From Penicillus capitatus (lineage: Eukaryota > Plantae > Chlorophyta), in NCBI GenBank assembly GCA_965649825.1, contig OZ287703.1:124001-188000 (forward strand): a DNA stretch of 64,000 nucleotides, given 5' to 3'. This document shows positions 35,492-46,722 of this stretch, one piece after another. The notes beneath the pieces were generated by a model. It did no database searches. It was given only the letters and a program-made list of their open reading frames with translations, and was not told where the DNA came from. The position numbers and the translations under genes were made by a program. Every line of letters begins with the position of its first letter. The stretch's first letter is position 1.

Positions 35492-37726
35492 GTTGGATGC
35501 AGAACACAAACAGGGAGTCCGTTCGCTTTTCTAGACGCGATGCCAAAGCTCGAATGGGTTTTGCTCGGAGGCATCGCTTTTATAGGCCAGAGAATGCATC
35601 TTCCATGCAGCCAGGTGAGGCAGGGACACGTGGTTCACCTTCATGGTGTCTATTCGTCATCAGGAGCTTCTGCCCTGAAGCGAAACTGTTCTCTTCAAGG
35701 GCAGCCTGCAACTGGCAAGCTCGCCTCCGCAGAATCGACGTCGGTATCAAATCGGATCCTCCAGCCGAATGCGTCGTTTGACTGACGGGACACGTCGTGT
35801 CAAATGTGTTCAACGCCTGTCGCAAATAGAGAAGGTCGCGCGACGTGATGGCTGAACGCAGCTTCGTCGCTGTTCGTTTGGGACAGCTGGCTGCATGTGT
35901 TGGCGTTTTCCGCGTCATGTTGGACAGATGTCCACAGACTCCGTCGTTTTTGCGTTCCATGCACTTTGCCGCTGTCCTTCGCTTTTCTGCAGGACCTGCG
36001 CAAACACATGCTTTCGCGATTTCGCTGAACGCGGACTTCACGCGCAACGCGCTTTTGTGTTTGCCGTACCCTTTTTTCGATTTACCCCAGATGACCGACG
36101 ATGGGTTCAGAGCCTTCGAGCCGTACGCTGGTCGAAGCATCTTCGTCTTCTACACGTCGAACAGACAGGCAACTGTGCCGTCGAATGAAGGCGAGGAAGG
36201 CATGTCCGTTTTGCGCGATCCTTACTAAACGGTAAGAAAATGTACAGCTGATGGCAGGGATGCGACGCCGTCAGAAGTTCGCGTTCGAGCAGACCGTCTC
36301 TGCTGTCGCAAGTCTGTCACCCGACAGACGCGTTAAGAAACGAACAAGAAAAAACGCATTTGAGAAAAGGCCGCATGGTGAATCCAGTGTTCCATGTGGA
36401 CTCCCGAATGCGAATGCATGCGTCGATGTCGCGATCTCGGCTTTCGTTCTGTGGTCAGCTAGAAAACGCGGTTGCTACAGTCCTTTAGACAAACAGCACG
36501 GTCATTGTTTCAGCTAGCGAGTGCCGACGTCCACTTTTCGGTATGTGACAGCGTCGCGTTTGTCCCTGTGACGACGCGGCTTCGTCTTTCACCTGTAAAC
36601 GCCGCGTTTCGTTCAGCAGCGCTCACCTGTTGTGACCGTCATCGCATGAAAGGGGGACGGCGCGGATGTCTTCGTCGTCCTTACTTCGACGGCGCGAATG
36701 TCTTCGTCGTCTTTACTTCGACGGCGCAGTTCGGTCGATGCAGATGCCGTTGACGCGTCGAAGTCGACGGACGCACCGGAGTTGAGAAAGTGAGCCAGCC
36801 AAGGGCAGCCGCATCTCGCAGTCGCGTCGCGTTCATCGCATTCGCTGTTGTCCGCATCACTGGCTGTCCTGTCATCGACGATAAGAACCTTCCGGTAACA
36901 ACGATCCGAGCTGACGGCGCAGTGAATCGCACTCGCGGCTGGGCAGTTCGGCCGCTGCATCTATGGCGCTGTTTGGTAACGTGTTCGGTCGGTGGCGTGT
37001 TCAATGGAAATGCCTTTGTCCGAAGTCATACTCTGATGGACGGACTCGGGCACTTGTCTGTGAAGGAGAGACATGGGGCAGGGAAGCTCTTCTGTTGTTC
37101 AGCACGTCTTGAAGCTTTGTTTGAAGATGGGCCAGATCTTCACTTACCGCTCTGGATTCGCATTTCCTTCGTCCTCTGTGTTCGGCGTCCTCCTCAAAAC
37201 GCATTCATTGTGCGAATCTGGATCGATCAGCTTACCTCGCATGCCACTCATCGTCTCGTGCTGATGGCGCCGGATCGTCCATAACAGAATCTCTTACGCC
37301 TATTCGGAGAAGCAAGCAGCCTGAAATGCTCGCGTTTTAGCACAACGGCTCCTCGATTAGCTATTTTCCATTTGGCGGACGGAGAGTCGACAGACTGCCG
37401 TCGAGTTCGACACATTTGGCGTAGAGTGGACAACGGTCTGCCTTACGTATGACTTGGCATCTTGCGTTCAACGTAGTTGTTAAAATGGCTCGAGAGGCTT
37501 CTTTGAATCGACGAGATTGTCGCCTCCCACTCCTGTCGGAAAACGACTCTGCATGTTAGGGACACGGAGTCTCCTGAAGACGATTCGAATGCGTTGTATC
37601 GCGCAGCTACAGACAGACCTGTCAAGCAGACGACGAGAATCTTGACACTTGGATCAGAGTTGTCCCATTTATTCTCTCCGTGGGAAAGCAAAAAAGGCTC
37701 TAGCGGCAGCCAGCCAGCTGTCCCGT

Positions 37727-39225
37727 CTAGTCCAGTTTCGACCAGAGTACAGAACCCAGACTGCCGGAGCATATGCCGAGGGCCAATGCGAAAGCGAGTG
37801 CGTTTCCGCCGACGAAGGCACCATCTCCACCTCGCATTCTCCGATTGCCCATCGCAAAGACCGACATCCCGAAGTACCTAGAGGCAATCATTCGCACGGA
37901 TCAGGCGCAAAGAGAAGGCGATCCTCGCGGGGTATGCACCCACCCTTGCGACAGGCCGACCAGGAGGATGAGCAAGGAGACGGCGAAGGGGTTGTAGGTG
38001 TAGCGTGTGACGACAAAGACCAAAGGAATCAGGGCCATTCTGAGGAGCAGCGATGCCATCAGCGTTCTTTCCTCCTTCAGCACCCAGCTGGATGGCACCT
38101 GTCGGGATATGAAATTTGCGGCGGCGAAGATCCCGATCAGCATCACACCGTACCAATCGCCAAGCGTCGAGCTCTGCCGCCACCACACCGTCTGCAGACC
38201 GACAGAGACGGCATTGCACGAATCGACCTGCGCATCGGAAGGAACGCCAGGGACGACGGTGTACGTGACGAAGAAGAGAAGGAGGACGTGGAATCCATCC
38301 CGTCCGATCTTGTGGACAGCCTGCACCCACGCGCTCTTGCGGATGCCGTCCCAGACTCCGTCTGGCGTTTCACCGCCGTCGTGCGCGAGGAGGGGAAGGG
38401 ACGAGAGATCTTGCTGGTGCGCTTCTTGGAGGAAGAGGGAATGCGGGACAATGATGCAGCGCTGTGCCACCAGACAGAGGACACAGTACAGAGCCGTGAA
38501 GGCGAAGAAAACACGGGAGCTGATGCGGAGACCGTCTGTCGATTCCGCGAAGGCCGCTTTGGTCATGACGCGCAGCAGGGCGATCAACAGTCCGCATAGA
38601 CCTGTCCCTCGAATGTATGCCTAGACGCAGGAGTCGTCGGATGGCGGCGGCGGGACGTGGCTGGCCCGTACGTGGTTGTACTCGAGGGGAAGAAAGATGA
38701 CGGCGCCGAAGGAGCATCCTTCATTCAGCGCGTGGCCGATGCCGATCGGCACGATCAAAGCCACGAGCACCGCGAAGGACGCATCCGTCGATTCTCCTTC
38801 TTGAACGAGGAGGCAATCCATCTGAAAGGGGACCCAGCATGAGGGATGCATCAGAGTGCGATGGAAGAGACCAGTGGGATGAAGGAGATCGAGACGACGA
38901 AGAGCAACAGGCCAATGGAGACTCGGCTATGTCCTCTGTCAGCCGCCGGAACGAGGCTGTTGACGAGAACCGTGATGAAAGCCGACGCGAAGAAGCAGAC
39001 GGATATCCATCTCAACGCATCCCGCTCCTGCGTACAGAGACATTCGGCGAGGTTTCAATGGACGATGGTGTGTACGGGGTAGATATCGTTAAAGTAGTCG
39101 ACGGCGCTAATGAGCGCATTCCAGGGGGTCAGGTATCCGGAGCCGAGGAGAAAGTAACTCCAGTAGAGGCCGTCTGGTTGACGAAAGCGTTTCTTCCGTA
39201 AAGTCTGGGATTGGTCGGACAACAT
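37727..39225 (-). CDS. Equilibrative nucleoside transporter paralog 3 (duplicate of paralog 1, ancestral stop)
   Basis: Mirror of 6174-7729; ends ...WSKLD* (TAG at 37727-37729). Confidence 0.88.
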
Positions 39226-39665
39226 GGCGAACTCTGATTGCTCTGTGCGTCGTCGACTGTGTCCGCCACACCGCTCGGCTGACTGAGAATGCTGTTCGGA
39301 GTTTTTTCGACGCAGGATACGTCTGTCTATGCGGCGGCCGCGTTACAGACAAGATCTGCGTAAAGGGAATCTGCGCCGGAGAATGGAAAGAAAACAAAAG
39401 CGAAACCGTCACGGTTTATCCGTTAAGAGTCCACGACTCGCCGAGACAGAGCAAACACATCGCTTTCGAGGACATGGATGCAAGAGCAACCGAGCACATC
39501 TGCGAGACTGCCGATGCGCTGCCTCCTCGTTCGACGCAACGTCTTTGGGCATTCTCGGCCTTTTTGGAATGTTCCTATGTACACGTATGCTCCTTGATCG
39601 GGAGGAGGTCGTCTTCTCCCGGAAACTTGCTCGCCATCTTGTGAAGTCAAGCGGTACGGACGGAA

Positions 39666-39855
39666 CGATGTGACAGGACACGCGCGACACGAGTCGGTAT
39701 ATGCTCAGGTTGCCTGCTATTCGAACGTGTCCTCTTGAGGCGCTTCGATCCCGGGACAAGTGCCCCGGGATTGAAGCGCCTCAAGAGGACACGTTCGAGT
39801 GGTGGGCAACCTGAACATATGCCGACTCCTGTCGCGCGCGCGTCCTGTCACGTCG
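39666..39855. repeat. Fold-back hairpin, copy 3 (hybrid arms, junction of blocks B' and D')
   Basis: One arm carries copy-2 variants (CATATGTT), the other copy-1 variants (TATATGCT); the flanks switch from block B to block D across it. Confidence 0.95.
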
Positions 39856-40223
39856 GTTCATCCACCGATATCGACGAACGTCTTCTTCGGTGTGATCGCG
39901 AACACAGACCCGCCTCAGCGTCGAGCGTCGTCGAAGAAGCGGATGGATCAACAGCCGCTTTCCAGAGAACAAAGCGCGAGCTCGTTACTCGATCTACGGG
40001 CTGCGTATCAGCTTCCAGATTCGCTTGTTCTCGCAAGGCGCGTCCACAGTGGAAGACTCAGTGAAGGGTAGCCGAGGCCACTCGATTGTTGCGTCGGCGA
40101 CAGATGAGATGTGGAAGAATACACAGAGGCTGTCGTCCGCGAAACCGCCAAGGCAAGAGCAGAACATGATGGTAATGCCGAAACTCTGGATGATATGAAT
40201 TACACCACGCGTTCGTACATAGA

Positions 40224-40705
40224 CTAAGGAGCATCGGCGAGCGAACGTGTCTGGGAAGAGAGGGTGACGGCATCCCAGAATGCCTGCTTCATCACACGAT
40301 CACAGGGCGTCCTCTTCAGTCCCTCCGCAAACGCCTGTGCCGCTTGAAAGTAGCGATGCTCGTGGTACAGGCAGAACCCTATTCACCGATTCTCACACGG
40401 CCTCTTCGCGAGAGCACATTCTCGCCTTTGAAGTAAAAACCGTCTGGCGCATCGGGAGCGAGTTCGATCAGTCTCTCCGCCTCCGTCCTCGACGTGACGT
40501 AGTCGTGCAAACAAGCGTGTGCCGTCGACCGCAGTCGGCGGAGCTTGTAACAGTCGGGAAAGCGTTTCACTCCTTCCGTCAGCAGCGCAGCCGCTTCGCT
40601 GAAGCGACGACGAACGATGAGTTGCTTCGCCCTGTATCGCAGCGCCCTGGACTGACGGCGATCGCCCTGCACTGCTTCCGAGGCTGGAATCGGTAAGTCC
40701 GCCAT
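40224..40705 (-). CDS. TPR-repeat protein (duplicate of 23352-23832)
   Basis: Near-identical TPR exons and GC-AG intron 40425-40379. A 1-nt insertion in the upstream exon (TTCGATCGG vs TTCGACGG, ~40787) may frameshift the long isoform. Confidence 0.75.
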
Positions 40706-41784
40706 CGATTTCTGGAAATCGGCCAGTCGCCGTCGCGTCACCTCTCTGCTTCGAAAGACTTACGATGCAGAGAGTCAGAGAAGCCGATCGAACGCGACAG
40801 ACGCGTCACGATCGAGTCCGTTCGATCTTCCCTTGTCTCGGCCACTCTTGCCGCGTCTGCGCCGACCTCCTCCTCTCCTGCGGGCCAACGGAAGGGCGCA
40901 TGCAGCGCACACAGTTCAAGGGGCACGACCGTGTCGACTCGAGCACCTCAGGCAATGCGTGGAGATCCAGTTGCAGAGTGTTAGTCAAAGCGTTTCCACC
41001 AACGTGCACTCCTCGAAAACGCGTCCAGCGCGAGAGCAGTGTCGGAACAGGACTGGCTCAGCAACGGATCCTCTCTCGGAACACGCACACGGCGTCACAG
41101 AGGAGGTTCTCACGTTCACTCGTGGATGATACGACGAAGAGGAAACAGAGGAGCTGTCTGACTGCGGTCAACCAAGGGGACAGGAGAAGAGCGATCGTCG
41201 GCTTGTGGACCGGAGGATCCTGAGCGGATTCGGCACTCATTACAGCAGTCGCATCAGGCCACCACGGCGATGGTCCAAACCGGCGGTGTATTCAGATCAC
41301 GAGACAGCAGACAGGACAGAGTCCAGCAATCTGTTTCCTGCGCTTCGATCACAGACGGGCTCCATCCAACAACACGGCGACGTGTTCTGCCTGTGGGATC
41401 ATATCGCATCCATCCATTCATCATTACACGTCAGATTTTCGACGCAAAATCATCACCGGGAAGCCGAGATGTATGCGAGCCAAGACGGGTCTGTCGGGTG
41501 CGTCCGGGAGACGGTTTCCTCTGCGCACTCTGGGTACAGAACGTGCCTTCGTTGTCTTTTTGTATGGCAGGTCGCCGGCGTCGTTCGGTTTGTTGATGAT
41601 TTTGTCATCGTGACGTAATGCCTTGCATATCAATCGCCTCTCAGACGACTTCCATCTAAAAAACGGTTGTCGAGAGTGGAACAAGCTACGTTAGACGAGA
41701 ACACGGATTCTGTGGGACTTGGATGTCAGCCCGCGCCTGAATCGCTCTTTATACTATCGCGTTGCCTACCGAACACACATCACT

Positions 41785-43393
41785 ATGTCCTCTCCGGTCG
41801 CGAGTCTCGAAATCTGCCACCTTCTGGAAACAGACTACTACCTACAGAAAGTTCTTGAAGCGCTAGTCGATGACGGCGTGCACATTTATCGACTTGTCTG
41901 TCGTCGGTGGAACGGGATTTGTTGTCAGTTGCCCCTCAAGATCAAGCCGAGTTCAATGGAAAACCTTCCCCTGTTAACGGAGCGTTACACGCGCATCGCA
42001 ACACTCACCTTGTCCTGTCAATCCAGTGTGGTCGATAATTTTTCTTCGGCCAGTCTGAGTCACCTCTCACATCTGCAGCTCCTCCTTCCACCCAGAAAGT
42101 TGCAGTTTCCTGAGACCGTGCAGAGTGGACTCCCTTCGATGTCCGCACTTCTCTCGTTGTCTCTCCGAATCGGATCTCGTGATGTCCTTCACTCGTTCAT
42201 TCCCACGCTGCGACGCCTGACGCAGCTGACATCTCTGGAAGTGGAACTCTGTAACGCCACCGACGTCGTGGACGCCGATCCCATATCGGAACTGCAAAGA
42301 ATCAAAGAATTAAAACTCAGCATCAGTCTTCTCATAAACAGATCAGGAGAGCTGCTTTTTCAAAAAACGCCGCATCTGACAAAACTCGAAGCGTACACAC
42401 ACGCTTGCAGCTATGAATACACAGGAACTCAGATTCCACTCATCGAGGTGCGTGCATAAAGTGTGACGGCTCGTGTGACCGACTACGCTGTAGATCATCT
42501 ATCCTTATGCGTGGAGTCTGCGAGCACTGCGGGCCGGACACTCCAACGTGCTTCCGCTCACGGACGCATCTCATCTGTCCGGATTCTCGAGATTGGAGAG
42601 CCTCCGACTGGACGACGTCCAATGCAAAGACAACGATCTGGAGACTGCGCTGCAACAGATGGACACTCTGACCGCGCTGGATATCCGCGATGCAAGAGGC
42701 AACGCGGAATGTCTCCTGAGAACAATCTTTCACTTGACGACGCTGAAATCTCTGGGTTTCGGCAGTATCCAGTCTCCTGCGCCGAAGATCGAGCCACCGA
42801 GCTCCTTTGCATCGTGGACTCAGCTGAGACGTCTCCATCTCTGCGGCGTCCGACTCCAGTCGAACCTGCAATGTCCAACCGCGTTGACAGAGCTCAGAAT
42901 CGAGACGGTCCGAGACCTTCCGGCGGATCTGGCTGGCTGCTTGGTTCAGATGACAGGTCTCATCTCGCTGGCGATCAAGAACGGCGGAACGCGACACCGT
43001 CTTCCGAGTCGGACGTTCCGCGAGATGAGGTCCCTCCAGCGCCTGTCTCTGGAGCAGGTGGAGGCAGACAGCCAGTTCTTCGCGACTCTGGCAGATCTCT
43101 CCGAACTGACCGAGCTGCAGTTGGTACACCACGGCCACGAGTTGGACAGACCCGACTTCCGCAGTCGAATCAACCTTCTATCGGGTCTGAGGGTGCTGGA
43201 CTTCAGGTGCGGCACGTACGGAGCTCCGCCACTGGAGTATCTGTCCGGGGGAGAGCTGAAGAGACTGAGGGAGCTCACCTGCTTGTGCTCCGAGAGGGAC
43301 AGCGTGGATCAGCGAGAGATATATAAAAGATTCCCGTGTCTCCACAGACTGGAACTGAAATCAAATCTAGACGATTTTGGATGCGAAATCTAG
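41785..43393 (+). CDS. F-box-like/LRR protein, 2 exons (FBL1', chimeric duplicate of FBL1)
   Basis: LLETDYYLQKVLEALVDDGVHIYRLVCRRWNG F-box-like N-terminus; remainder near-identical to FBL1; same intron. Confidence 0.87.
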
Positions 43394-44750
43394 ATTGCCA
43401 GAGAGGATTGCTCTTACCGGCGATGAATGTGTTGGTGTTTATTCTCAGAAAAAGCGGCAGTGAAATCCACCTGCCCATTCCATTCAACCTTGTCCTTAGA
43501 CTTCTGCTGTAAGAACAGCTTCGGAGACAAGTTCCGGCAGCCGAACGCAGCAAGACGGCTCGAGAGAAAGCTCCTTCGCAGAGTCAATACCATCGGACTC
43601 TGGGCTCCGAATCGCGCCGCCTTGACGGTCGGGGGTCCCCCTCTCTGCTGAACCTCTGATGAGGGACGAGGCGACCCTCAGCAGACAGACGGACGTTTCC
43701 GCCGGGGCGGTTCGTTGTGGACGGCCGTTCAACTCCCGCTGCGACTGGTCCGGTGCGGCGGTGGGACATGCGAAGAGAGAAATCCACGCTATCGACGTCC
43801 GCGCCGACGACCGAGCGCCGGTGGACTGGCCGCGCGACGCCGTCTCCTCGTCTCCCGCTTCGTCCCCCGGTCCGGAGGCCATGATGCATCCATCGGTGTC
43901 CTACCGCGGCTGTGCAGTGAGCAGACGCCGTTCGCAGCAGAGCTACGCGTTTGCTGTGCTGCGACGCCGGTCGACGACGGACAGCACTGGTGCTGTCGCG
44001 TCTGGCTGTCATCTGCGGAAGGATGTCCATGCGGCGACTTCCCCTTCGGTCCTCGAATGCGGTGCAGAACAAAACCCAGGCTGCGGGTCTCAGCTCTTCG
44101 CCCGTGCTGTTGCTTTGTTTACTGCAGTTCCCCGACGGACGGCATCAGCACCGAAACCGGTGCCTCTGTCTGGTATGACACGGCCTCGACTCCTCGCGTC
44201 GAGGATGCATCGGACGGAAGTCCCTTGACATCTGCCTCGACGATGACTCATGCTGAATGCGCCACATTCGAACCGACGAGGCTTCGTATCGAACTCTTCA
44301 GAGCCCGCTTCTCTCGCAGTGGAGAGAGACAATGTCTCTCTCTTCCGCCACCAGCCAGCTAACCAGATATATGTCTGGGAGAATCTTGCTGTCCATCCAA
44401 CGAAGGGCGCGAAGCTGACGACATTTGGTAAACTCGAGGACTGCGAGGAGCTTCAGAGAACCAGAGTGTGACGTCGAGGTGTTTCTCGTCGCGCATCTGC
44501 AGCCGGTCTATCTTTCTCTGGGAAGATTGGAATGGTTGTCCGCGTGGATGGATCTATCTCTGTCTCGTCATCGCCGACTTCTCCAAGACGAGAATCTCTC
44601 GTTCCTGTTCGACGCGAGATGTCAGACGGATGCGGATTTGGGTGCCTTTGTCATGGCTGGCGGAGGGAACGTTTGCATCTCTGCTTTGGAAGTCGTTCCC
44701 AGCGAGTAAGACACTTGTTTCTGCGATCGAAGTTTTGACTTGCGCCAAAT
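42045..44750. repeat. Block A' (inverted copy of 830-3510)
   Basis: See block A. Confidence 0.95.
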
Positions 44751-44760
44751 ATCTCTAGAT
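43660..44760 (+). CDS. Hypothetical multi-exon protein (apparently the intact copy of 830-1900)
   Basis: Open protein-like segments linkable by short GT-AG introns; no family recognised. Confidence 0.3.
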
Positions 44761-45096
44761 CCCTGCCAGAATAGTCTGCAACCCATTCCTTCTTCCGGCT
44801 GCTTTGGACACCAATTTGAGCCTCCACCCGTTAAAGTGATGCCTTGCTTTGTTTAGTCTATCACATCTTATACAAGCAATAGAACCCCTGTGGCCAGTCG
44901 ATTAAGCCTCGAAGATAATTATGATGGTGCTCCGACATCCATCTGTTGACGCTGGTTCTCAAGCCTCGACGCGTTTGGAGCAGTCGGCAGTGCTCTCAGT
45001 CCTAACAAGCTTTAAGAAACGATGCATTGTGAGATCTATTGACAAAAGAGGGATGCGTTGTATGTACCATCGACTCTATGCTAAAATGCGACGACA

Positions 45097-46533
45097 ATGG
45101 ACCGCATTAGATTTGTTAACATGACCTCCGCCGTGCTCAACTCAACCTGCCGATTCACACTGCCCTCCTTCCACTCCAAGAGTGTCCTTGCCACGGAGTC
45201 CGTTTCTTTCTCGCGAACGACCAGTCGAGGATCATTGCGTCTTGATTGCCAGTCGCAGAGATCCATGACGACGCAGCAAACAGATGGCTTACAAGTCGCA
45301 AAGCTCATTTGCTACGTCCAAAACAGTGCAACCTATTCACAGGCAGACGACGTTGTCACAATCATCGGTCAGGGGAGAATAGGATCTGCGTTGGTAGAGA
45401 TGTCACCCTATCCAACAGTAAGTGAACCCTCCTCTGGTGCGTTTCCAAGACAACGATCGTGGCTGTATCTCCCAGAGAGTGGTGACAAGAGGGGGTAAGG
45501 TTGGTAACGGCGAGGAAGGTCCCATCATCGTGTGTACGCGGAATGATGATCTACCGAGTGTCCTGGAGGCGACACCGAAGAAGAGGTGGTCAGGTCATGT
45601 GTCACTCCTGCATTGCCATCTGGATCCGATATTGAGATCGTGCAGATCTGGTTTTTATTCAGAACGGAATGCTGTTGCCATGGTTGACAGAAAGAGGACT
45701 AGAGAACAATACTCAAGTAATGAAGCACCCGTGTTACCTGTCACCTGTTTTTTACGTCGGTGTAGGCACTTATCTATTTTGGCATTCCTAAAATCGGCGC
45801 CGCCCCAATGGACGGCATCACTCCATTGGATCCAAATGGTTTGACAAAAGGTACACGTCGAATTCTCCGAAGTGTTGATGAATGTGGTGGTACAGTCTGC
45901 GGCAAACACGCAAACGTGTTTCGTGATATAGTGAAAACTGGAGGTCTCGCCTGTCAGGTACAGCTTCTCGGTCACTCGAATAACCCACCGTTTCTGACGA
46001 AAGGATGCAGGTTGTTGAGAAAGAGGCGTATCTGACTGCAATGCTGGAGAAGCTTATCTGGATCAGGTGCCCAGAATACATGACGAAATGATTCAAGCTA
46101 TGCGTTCTCTGCCTTGTGCAGTGCGGTGATGCTGATGGGAGTAGCACACGGTGTCGATGTTGGCGGCGTTAACACCACATACATTACAGAGGTGGCCTCA
46201 CTGGATGGTTCTTAAAGATAGCATCGTCAGTTGTGATATAGGTAGAGGATCTGATGAGAGAGCTTGCCACTGCCGGAACAGCGGAACTCGGTGTCACCGT
46301 CAGTTATGACATGGTGGAGAGACTGTGTGCTTATTCTGAATCTGTTGCATCCTATCCTTGTGCAATAAAAGAAGTGAGGCATCTCTCGTTTCCATCGGAT
46401 ACTTAAGGCTGGGCTCTAGTTTAAATGGCGAAATGGCTGGTTCTATAGCCTCACGCAAAAGGCTCTTGCTGAAGGGAAAGAAGACCCATGTCGGATGCAC
46501 ACATATTTGCTGAAGGACGTGGGGGCCGTGTAG
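45097..46533 (+). CDS. Plastid-targeted At1g16080-like protein (ketopantoate-reductase-like NAD-binding fold), 11 exons
   Basis: VTIIGQGRIGSAL (Rossmann GxGxxG), GPIIVCTRNDDL, DLVFIQNGML, MLEKLIWI, KEFKWRNGWFY match the conserved green-lineage family; ten GT-AG introns splice in frame. Confidence 0.88.
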
Positions 46534-46722
46534 CTAAGATCGTGTCGATTTTCGCAAATCGTGATGACGAAGAGGACGACATCTATCGCGCGTGCGCTTT
46601 AATGCGATAATGGGCGATCGAACAGTGACGATATCCGTTACTCGAATCGAGTGCGTTTCATCGCATCAAAATGGCAGGACGGCAACAACGTGAGGCACCA
46701 TGGAAGACATGATTCATTGCCG

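Larger units (their letters stand above)
30667..39666. repeat. Block B' (inverted copy of 5735-14754)
   Basis: See block B. Confidence 0.95.
39666..41805. repeat. Block D' (inverted copy of 22250-24395)
   Basis: See block D. Confidence 0.93.
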
